The notes below the pieces were generated by a model that saw only the letters and a program-made list of their open reading frames with translations, made no database searches and was not told the DNA's origin. Both the position numbers and the translations under genes were made by a program. Shown piece after piece: positions 39,901-46,841 of a stretch of DNA of 64,000 bases. The number at the start of each line of letters is the position of its first letter. Within the stretch, counting starts at the first letter, position 1. The stretch is from Pseudomonadota bacterium (GTDB lineage Bacteria > Pseudomonadota > Gammaproteobacteria > Burkholderiales > Burkholderiaceae_C), in assembly GCA_040384825.1 (NCBI GenBank), contig JAZKIO010000060.1, forward strand, positions 3,559-67,558, written 5' to 3'.

Positions 39901-41156
39901 TTCTGACAAACGGACACCGCCATACCGTTGCGATGGCGTCTGTACTCGGGCACTACCATCTCGTAATCACCGGGCTCTACGAGCGACTGCGAAGCGGTGA
40001 CGCGAACGCTCAAGCCCTGGCCCGCGCAGAGCTCATTCGATGGGTGTCGGCAGGTCCGCTCTCTGGGCAACATGTTCGGGTCATCGAAACGTCAGACGCG
40101 GCGACGCTTTTGACGCTGGTCGACCTTCACCGCATTGCCTTGACCTATGTCACAAACAAGAAGGGCGGCGACCAGGTCATCGACACAGAAAAAGTGCAGT
40201 TCGAAAAGCTTCACGGGGCCAACGGCTACACGTCGGCGGTCCTGACTTCAGAGCTTCTGTCGGGCGCAGTATCGGCAGCCGGCATCCAGGACATCGTCCG
40301 CAGGGCGGAGAAGAGGGTCGCTGTCAATGCAGAGTTCCCAGACCCGAACGAGACCCTTCGCTCTGTCATCGCCACGTCTGCGATTTCCCACGGAGTAGAC
40401 GTCGAAGAGTTCAACGCGATGTTCTTCGCTGGTATGCCATCGGACATCGCTGAGTACATCCAAGCGTCTTCACGCGTGGGACGAACTCACGTCGGGTTCT
40501 CATTGCTCGTTCCGGTTCCTCAGAGGCCTCGCGACAGGTTCGTCTTGGAAGTGTTCGACATCTTCCACCGGTTCCTTGAACGGATGATTCTTCCAGCAGC
40601 GGTGGACCGATGGGCCGAGAAGGCACAGGTTCGAGTCATGCCAAGCTTCTTCCAGGAGTACGTATGCGGTGTCCACGCCATCCAGCTGCTTTGCGCTGCG
40701 GAGCCCGACAAGAAGCGTGCGTCGCCGAACTACGCGTACGCCACAGACGTGCGCGACTTCCTGGCGAACACGAAAGCCTTCACCGAAACGGAGCGCTTTA
40801 TGGTCGAGGCGCTTGGCCTTACTTCGCTGCCACCGCCTGAAGGACAGGCGTACTACAGAGCCCGACTGAAGAACGAAATCGGCAACTACCAGAGCGACCT
40901 CGGTGTTCCGATGCACGTGAACGGTACGCGACTGAACAAGTTCTTCGAGAGCCGGGCGAAGAATCTCCGACCAATGACATCCCTGCGCGACGTCGATGAG
41001 CCGGGGGTCATCTTCGAGTCGAAGCACGATGCCTCGTACAAGGAGGCGCCGGCCGATGCCACCGCAAGAGCGATGCTGTTTATTCGGCGCGGCTCTGGCG
41101 CAGATATCGACGATACCGAACCGAGAATCGAGGCTAAGGAGGGCGACTCGAAATGA
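36927..41156 (+). CDS. drmA: DISARM DrmA-like SF2 helicase
   Basis: Q motif WRLFQLAF, Walker A FATGGGKSEAF, YPLRLLTLQQ, GTVDK, QDEAH, ASATV, ATSAISHGVD, YIQASSRVGR. Confidence 0.88.
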   Translation: MTVLSKSPKAIHDACKEAVVDSLLNNLSARLAGREEFYKIIYKGKPSSVLMSEFILPMPPDERAGDEEANPIQISAHGLDFQILRSGASERMKVSVRGAVYVRILPTEDEVKPGGPLYPTFPLTREAARELRSRIKDALAALRTELGITKTVRLHPDWPAKSEEARRKAHESLGIPFDNKLDRSPVDDSGGDDAPPAPLEEDDGSGMPSEAPPEREAPAGATLPDALAQAIDAPPKWLRLDLDLPPFEFSPSTCAEDSANASRALNEAIALQLDRWATSEEEPYGGKLWGFRHAAPIRPSSIRDWKAYLASVRTSKLQVVVPVIELRWDIEALPDPRDPELMTVHVALENWSAPPTSLNHKEVEPSLFQLQVSLSLNVDVHRPLHLDRVKPSYRYNEYLRYPALGFNGGVTAHDEGSTRILRTTWTPRYVLPRIVPTDCGAVRNIKALSDPASLAGLAPLVTAYSAWLDEVKDRPVGAGIEGPDAAEQLGREQEKLQLDLNGWREELAAIRCGLAILEKSKAHWSGPGEQKSPLGIPFEAWLSMNAAMAGVAATKGYDDWRLFQLAFILASIPTFATRIPEFHDFYDPVVSKHANAVTLLYFATGGGKSEAFLGLLLFVLFIDRLRGKQHGVSALMRYPLRLLTLQQARRTFAVMGAGEAVRHARQHRGEPFSLGFWVGGANTPNWHKEEGYSDIPTEQAVPPSQEPSFQKTQPYKTYKERWQKLEVCPFCNTRGGLALRRASGAGGNALGHYCTSAKEKCSWNARHDDIKPLPFYVVDEDIYDLAPSVLLGTVDKLSALGQSQGTIRKFFGMFGFAPFIEKSTERLFIPSVAKDWDGEPGGTTHGLFPTFADGRKRFFDPFPSLLIQDEAHLLDESLGTFAGLFESALEASFNRLGSLLPGQLSYEPGSQVRRKIKVIAASATVSEPQRQMRNLYQRGSTVQFPYPGPSLYTSFYAAPSGPDDRPEDADRKALVTDDIELRSHWARVYASVLTNGHRHTVAMASVLGHYHLVITGLYERLRSGDANAQALARAELIRWVSAGPLSGQHVRVIETSDAATLLTLVDLHRIALTYVTNKKGGDQVIDTEKVQFEKLHGANGYTSAVLTSELLSGAVSAAGIQDIVRRAEKRVAVNAEFPDPNETLRSVIATSAISHGVDVEEFNAMFFAGMPSDIAEYIQASSRVGRTHVGFSLLVPVPQRPRDRFVLEVFDIFHRFLERMILPAAVDRWAEKAQVRVMPSFFQEYVCGVHAIQLLCAAEPDKKRASPNYAYATDVRDFLANTKAFTETERFMVEALGLTSLPPPEGQAYYRARLKNEIGNYQSDLGVPMHVNGTRLNKFFESRAKNLRPMTSLRDVDEPGVIFESKHDASYKEAPADATARAMLFIRRGSGADIDDTEPRIEAKEGDSK

Positions 41157-43354
41157 GCAAAGCAAAAACGATGAGCCGCTCGCGAAATCAAATCGCGAAC
41201 TCCTACGCTCCCGAGAGCTTTTTCACGTTTGAAGGAGGCAGCGGCGCGTGCATTGCCCACTCCGTACCGACGGAGTCCATCGAATTGGTGGATGCGACGA
41301 AGGAGCAGATTTTTGAGCGCATCAATGAGTTGGGTCGGGCATGGTTCGACGCCGCCATGGGCTGTCGAGATGCGGACGCTACTCAACCTCGTGTCTCCGC
41401 TCCTCAATGCGTGGACCCAAAGATGCTGGACAACACGAGGTCTGACTTCCAGGCTCCTGGTATAGAGCGTGTCCACCTGTGCCGTCCCTCCAGTATGGGC
41501 TACACGCCTGCGCCTCTTTCGTTCGTATGCCGGGCCTGTGGCTTGTTTCGCGATTTCACCACGTTGCGAGAGCTTGATGCGGCGATTTCGGCACTGAGCA
41601 CTACCAAGTGCCGAAAGCACGATGGTCCTTGTGATTGGGAACAGCTGGATGTCATCTTTGTTCATTGGTCCGGCAATTGGACCCAGCCGTTTCCCGGACA
41701 GTACCAGTGGAGCGACGTCGACGCCAAGGTCGTGAAGCGCAGGGACAAGTGCATCTGTGGTCATGAGGACTTCCGGCTCAATCGCCGGGCCGCTGGCATC
41801 GGCGACTGGTTCTTTGAATGTGCCAAGTGCGACAAGCCTCTCTCGCCGAAGTGGCGCCAAAACGATGAAGCCAGCCTACGCTTCATCGGGCCCGCTTTCA
41901 CGGAAGCCAGGCGGACTGAGGTGAGCATGCAGGCGGCGCCTTATCGCGCGTCCAGCGTCTACTACGTCAAGTCTGACCTCTTCATCGACTTCAAGGACGG
42001 CGGCCGCGACCTGCTGACGCGCCTGCGTCCGGGGCGCGAAGACGCGCTTAAGGATTTCGTGGCCAAGCAGTATGGCTTCGGCATATCCGAAGTGACCGAC
42101 GAGGAGGTGGAAGCAGCGTGCGCGGGCCGTCCTGACTGCGAGAAGGAATGGCTCGAGTTTCAGAGCAGCTCAGGTGCGATTAAGACCGGTGAAGCAATGG
42201 CCGCGACCGTGTCGGAGCCGATTCGAAGCGGCATTCTGACAATGTTGGCGACGGCGTACGAAGGTAAGAAGCGCATCATCGACGACCTGAGGCGTCGCGC
42301 CATTCTCCTTCCAAAGATTAGTCTTCCTGTGCCCTTGCTGGAGCGAATTCGACATCGACAGGTTTTATTTGCGTCCAAATTCGACCCCTTCCGGCTGGCA
42401 GTCGAGCACGCAACGTTGGACGCTACGAGACTTGCGGTGGAGAGTCGTGTGAACGGAAAGAAGCCGTATGTATCTTTCACTCGCCTCGATGAAGACCTCG
42501 CTCCCGAGACGGAAGTCGAGCGAGATGCTCTCCAGGCGGAGACTCAAGTAGCACTGACGAGGCTGGGCCTGGCGGATATGGGGCTCATTCGTGAATTCGA
42601 CCTCTGTCGGTTCTCGTTTGGCTATTCGCGCATGGAAGGGGGCCCCGTGCTGCACGACAAGCGTGGCATGAACATGCCGGTTCGCCTGAACATGTTCCCG
42701 CCGGTGATGCACAACTCGTCGTCTAAGAACCCAATCTATGTGGTCCAGCAAGGCAACGAGGCAATCTACGTCAAGCTCAAGCCTGAGCTAGTGCGGGCCT
42801 GGCTCTCCGACTTGGGCTGCCCGGACATGTTCAGCCTCAGTGGGGACGAAAAAATTGGCGCGGGAATTCTGGCTTGCTCTCAGCAGATGTCACCGTTCCT
42901 CGACAAGTTGCCCGAAAGCGATACCCCGCCGACCTACTTCTACCTGTATACGCTCCTGCATAGCTATTCACATCTCTTGATGAAGCACATGTCGGAATAC
43001 TCCGGCCTCGATATGGGGTCCTTGGGCGAGTACATTTTCCCGGCAGACTTGGCTTTCGTCGTCTATCGAAGCGGCACGACGATGGACCTGGGCAACCTCT
43101 CTGCCATGTGGCGGAACTCTGGGACGGCGATGCTGAACGCCATGCTCTCCCTGAAGGCGACGCAGTGCGGCACCGGTTCACTGTGCTCTCATCGCGGGGG
43201 TGCGTGCCCGGACTGCATCATGGTTCCGGAAACGTCTTGCGTCGCTAGCAACAAACTGCTGTCACGCTCGGTTCTTCGGGGCACTGGAAAGCGGCCGAAA
43301 TTCGATACCCGCCCCGAAGGCATCCGCGGCTTCTTCGAATACACGGGCGGGTGA
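41153..43354 (+). CDS. drmB: DISARM DrmB-like DUF1998 protein
   Basis: LLHSYSHLLMK, YIFP, GNLS and C-terminal C..C...GACPDC..VPETSC...N..LSR Zn motif; ATGA overlap with the helicase. Confidence 0.88.
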   Translation: MSKAKTMSRSRNQIANSYAPESFFTFEGGSGACIAHSVPTESIELVDATKEQIFERINELGRAWFDAAMGCRDADATQPRVSAPQCVDPKMLDNTRSDFQAPGIERVHLCRPSSMGYTPAPLSFVCRACGLFRDFTTLRELDAAISALSTTKCRKHDGPCDWEQLDVIFVHWSGNWTQPFPGQYQWSDVDAKVVKRRDKCICGHEDFRLNRRAAGIGDWFFECAKCDKPLSPKWRQNDEASLRFIGPAFTEARRTEVSMQAAPYRASSVYYVKSDLFIDFKDGGRDLLTRLRPGREDALKDFVAKQYGFGISEVTDEEVEAACAGRPDCEKEWLEFQSSSGAIKTGEAMAATVSEPIRSGILTMLATAYEGKKRIIDDLRRRAILLPKISLPVPLLERIRHRQVLFASKFDPFRLAVEHATLDATRLAVESRVNGKKPYVSFTRLDEDLAPETEVERDALQAETQVALTRLGLADMGLIREFDLCRFSFGYSRMEGGPVLHDKRGMNMPVRLNMFPPVMHNSSSKNPIYVVQQGNEAIYVKLKPELVRAWLSDLGCPDMFSLSGDEKIGAGILACSQQMSPFLDKLPESDTPPTYFYLYTLLHSYSHLLMKHMSEYSGLDMGSLGEYIFPADLAFVVYRSGTTMDLGNLSAMWRNSGTAMLNAMLSLKATQCGTGSLCSHRGGACPDCIMVPETSCVASNKLLSRSVLRGTGKRPKFDTRPEGIRGFFEYTGG

Positions 43355-44229
43355 TGTCGGCGCAGCTGAGTGCCTTCGAGAAGAACGTAGTGCGGCTGCT
43401 GGCTCCCCGAGCGGGCGTCGCTGCGAAAATTCTGGATGCCTGGGCTCGCGTTCCGACATCAACCGAACAGTCAGCGCGAATGCTCACAGGACTGGCTCAG
43501 TTGGGGCTGACTGAGGAGCGTGCGGCTCAGGAGGTGCTGGTATTAGCTTCTGCCGCCGGCCTTCTCGTTCAAGGAACTGGCGGCTTCAGTCCTGGTCCAA
43601 TTCCGGCCGGGACGTTCCAACGCCTAGCCCTCGCCCTCTTCGCGGTCGAGCACTACAAAGCTGCTGTTCACGAGGACGCCACCACGGCAAGGGTGGTGCT
43701 GACGAAGCCACCTCGACCTTGTGTCCTCGAAACCAAGCTTGCCGAGTTAGGCTGGCGAACGTTTGACCTTGAGCCGACCGAGCACGCGTTCAAGCGGATG
43801 GTGTACGAAGCCCAGTCTAGGGTCGTAGTGATGACGCCGTTTTTCGACGTGACCGGTGCACTTTGGCTAAAGGAGCTCTTCGAGGGCGTGTCTGAGCAAG
43901 TGACAAAAGTCTTGGTATTGCGGAGCCTCGAAGAGCCAACGCGGCAGGACTATCCGAAGGGCTTTGATGCGATTGCGTCGTGGCTGTCGGCGGAGAAGGT
44001 CGAGGTTTACAACTACTCGATTCCCCGTGCCCCGGGACCCGGCCGGGAGACCTTCCATGCCAAAGTTGTGCTCTGTGACAGTGATGTTGCCTACGTCGGG
44101 TCGTCCAACGTGAATGCAGCATCGTTGGAACACTCGATGGAGATGGGCGTCGCGATGCGCGGACGGGCCGCTCGAGACGTGGCCACAATTGTCTCGGCTG
44201 TACTCGTGTCCGCCAGCCGCATGTTCTGA
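43351..44229 (+). CDS. drmC: DISARM DrmC-like phospholipase D family nuclease
   Basis: Single HKD motif FHAKVVLCD...YVGSSN...SMEMG; overlaps the drmB stop. Confidence 0.88.
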   Translation: MMSAQLSAFEKNVVRLLAPRAGVAAKILDAWARVPTSTEQSARMLTGLAQLGLTEERAAQEVLVLASAAGLLVQGTGGFSPGPIPAGTFQRLALALFAVEHYKAAVHEDATTARVVLTKPPRPCVLETKLAELGWRTFDLEPTEHAFKRMVYEAQSRVVVMTPFFDVTGALWLKELFEGVSEQVTKVLVLRSLEEPTRQDYPKGFDAIASWLSAEKVEVYNYSIPRAPGPGRETFHAKVVLCDSDVAYVGSSNVNAASLEHSMEMGVAMRGRAARDVATIVSAVLVSASRMF

Positions 44230-44504
44230 AGCGAGCGCCTTTCATCCGGCTTCAGGTGCGTGGAGGCGCCAACGGTCAGCGCCCTTAGCTCGCGCATTCG
44301 TTGGCAGGCATCGCGCAGCATCTGGCAGGCCAGGCACGTTCCAACAGGCCGAACCGCCCTTCCTAGCGCTTCCCCCGGAAGGGAGGATAAAAAAGCTCGC
44401 TAGACGCTGGGCGAAGCGTTTTCGCCCGACATCCCTTGATATTGAGAACCTATATTGACTACCTGCATAGCGGCCACCCTTCAATCAAAAGGGTGGCAAC
44501 AAAA

Positions 44505-46493
44505 ATGCAGGAAAAGTCAATGAATTCAGTAAGTTATGAAATTCGCAGGTCTTTCAACCCGTCGCCTATACCTGCTTCGCAGGCGACAAAAATAGGAGGT
44601 CGGGCACGGAGAAGACACGTGGCTCAGCCGCTTACCTATCAAGACCTGCTCAACGGACAAGACAAACGGGTGCTCATGGGCACCGTCCACCCCCAGACCG
44701 CTGCGAATCGCGCTACAGCGCTACGCGTGTTCATGGGCTTTCTTAAACTTTCTGCTGAAGACCCGGTGGGGCAGGAATTTCGCGCCATGTTTCTGGCGCG
44801 CTGTCATGAACTCAGTGACCACCTCCGTACAGCCGGAAAAACGCCGCGGAACGTTGGCAACACGCTGTCGGCCTTGAAGTCGTGGCGACCAGTGGTCGTT
44901 GCCATCGACACCGACCATGCCATATCTGGCGACAAGCTCACACCCTTCGCTCAGGCCTTCCGTGCGTTGCTGAATGGAACGCCAGTGAAGCTGTTGGCAC
45001 GAACTATCGACGCGGCTCCCGGCATGCTCTACGGCTGGCAGGCGGGAAAGAATCCGCGACTGAGTAATTCCAAGTACCTGACCCGGGTGGAGCGCTACTT
45101 TGGGCTGCCCGATGGTGAGCTATCGACATTGGCGGGCTTTCGTCACGGTTCGTACGAACCGAAATCTGTTGGCGAGCCGCTCAAGATTGCGTACCGAGAC
45201 GGCCTCAAGGCAAAGAGCCACTACGTCTTCAAGCCCGCATTGGACTCTCCACTGCGAAAGCAGTGGCACGAACTGCTGGTCTACAAGACGGCTCGGGTGC
45301 CGACTCTCATTCGCAGCAACAAAGGCGTTTGGCGCCTATCCCCGCACGACATCGAGACCGAAAGGGAAGGGAACTGGTACCGGTTCCTGAATGGCTCTGA
45401 AGTGCCCACTGCCCATCCAAGGTGGAATCAGCTTGCGTCCTTCCTCGGATGGCTCGCGATGCCTGTACCGGCAGGAGGCATGGGTGTTCCTGAATCGGAA
45501 CTTCACACTTTGGCCTGGTTGACTCACTCAGCGTACGCTGAGAAGTATGTCGACTGGCTAATCGCGCGTGCCGGGAACCTCGTGAACGGCTCGGTAATCG
45601 AGTTTCTTGCGTTCATCAAGTCCATGACGCGTCCAGTCACCGGGTACTTGTGGCAGTTGCCCTCGTTTGCGAAAACGCTTCCGCTCGAGTTGCCTACCGA
45701 AAATTGGCAAGAGCACGCGGAGACGGCATGGCGTACGGCAAATGCGTCGGCTGTGGCGCTTCGGCCCTTGCTGGTACAAACTCGGGACCCCTCGGAACCA
45801 ATGAAGCACATCCTGGATACGGATAGCCCGCTGGAGTTCGTAGCGGACATGGTGCAGCGAATGCGGGCCGACCGTCCGTTGGGGCGCGCTCCATACACTG
45901 AGGCTAGGTGGGCGCGCAACGTCGCTCTTATCAAGTTCCTCGTCTCAAATCCTCTGCGCGTGCGCAACGTCTGCACGTTGACTTGGCGCGATGACAACTC
46001 TGGCCTTCTCTACCAGCGTCCGGACCGTTCGTGGTGGGTCCGCGTCCCAAAAGTGCACTTCAAGAACTTCAAGGGTGCAGCGTCAGACAACGAGTACGAC
46101 ATGCCGGTCCAGGAAACGGTTTGGCAAGACTTGGAGCGCTACTTGACGCTGCGGCCAAGATTGTTGAACGGTCCAAGTGACTACCTCTTCATTGGCGCCG
46201 GGCGCGGTCCTAGAGCTACTCTGTCGAAGCAGCCCTGGGAAGATTTGTCGCGCACGGTCGAGGACCTTACTCGAAAGTACTTGTGGCGCTGCCCTGGAAT
46301 CGGAACGCACGCGTTTCGTCACTTGGTCGCCACCGCCATCATCAAGGCGTCCAAGAATTCGGACTACAAGACCGCGGCCTTGGTGCTCAACGACCGCCTG
46401 TCCACAGTCGAGCGAAACTATGCGCACTTGAAATCGTCAGATGGGGCCAAGCGCATGGATGAACTGCTTGGGGACGTTCTGCGTCGCATGTAG
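44505..46493 (+). CDS. Large second tyrosine recombinase with internal XRE-like HTH (start uncertain, 44436-44520)
   Basis: NPLRVRN (R), FKNFK (K), THAFRH (HxxR), LNDRLSTVERNY (Y). Central VKLLARTIDAAPGMLYGWQAGKNP..SKYLTRVERYFGL HTH. Confidence 0.8.
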   Translation: MQEKSMNSVSYEIRRSFNPSPIPASQATKIGGRARRRHVAQPLTYQDLLNGQDKRVLMGTVHPQTAANRATALRVFMGFLKLSAEDPVGQEFRAMFLARCHELSDHLRTAGKTPRNVGNTLSALKSWRPVVVAIDTDHAISGDKLTPFAQAFRALLNGTPVKLLARTIDAAPGMLYGWQAGKNPRLSNSKYLTRVERYFGLPDGELSTLAGFRHGSYEPKSVGEPLKIAYRDGLKAKSHYVFKPALDSPLRKQWHELLVYKTARVPTLIRSNKGVWRLSPHDIETEREGNWYRFLNGSEVPTAHPRWNQLASFLGWLAMPVPAGGMGVPESELHTLAWLTHSAYAEKYVDWLIARAGNLVNGSVIEFLAFIKSMTRPVTGYLWQLPSFAKTLPLELPTENWQEHAETAWRTANASAVALRPLLVQTRDPSEPMKHILDTDSPLEFVADMVQRMRADRPLGRAPYTEARWARNVALIKFLVSNPLRVRNVCTLTWRDDNSGLLYQRPDRSWWVRVPKVHFKNFKGAASDNEYDMPVQETVWQDLERYLTLRPRLLNGPSDYLFIGAGRGPRATLSKQPWEDLSRTVEDLTRKYLWRCPGIGTHAFRHLVATAIIKASKNSDYKTAALVLNDRLSTVERNYAHLKSSDGAKRMDELLGDVLRRM

Positions 46494-46582
46494 CACTGTT
46501 GCAAGGCGTCGCTTGGGAGACCCGAGGTCGCTTTTCTGCAGTTCGAGGGGCTTGGCGGTAGAGAGGCAATTCGAAAGGCATA

Positions 46583-46617
46583 AGAAAAGCCCGCGACCAG
46601 AATCTGGTGGCGGGCTC
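46583..46617 (-). terminator. Probable intrinsic terminator for the minus-strand GGDEF fusion gene
   Basis: GCCCGC-GACCAGA-A-TCTGGT-G-GCGGGC hairpin preceded by AAGAAAA on +, i.e. followed by a U-rich tract on -. Confidence 0.55.
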
Positions 46618-46841
46618 GGCTTCCGGACACCGAGGCCCTGCGGGCGGACGATGACGGGTTCTCTCGAAGCACTGGGTAACGGGTTCCCTGTGGCGTTTAA
46701 CGCTACGCCGCCCAATCGTGCGGTCGGTTGCGTGCTCCGGAGACTAGAGTATATCCCATGTTGTGAAACGACGTATGAGCCGGCGGCACAGCTGGCCGAG
46801 CCCGTTCTGCGAGAGGTATCAAATGTGTGTCGCGCATGGAG

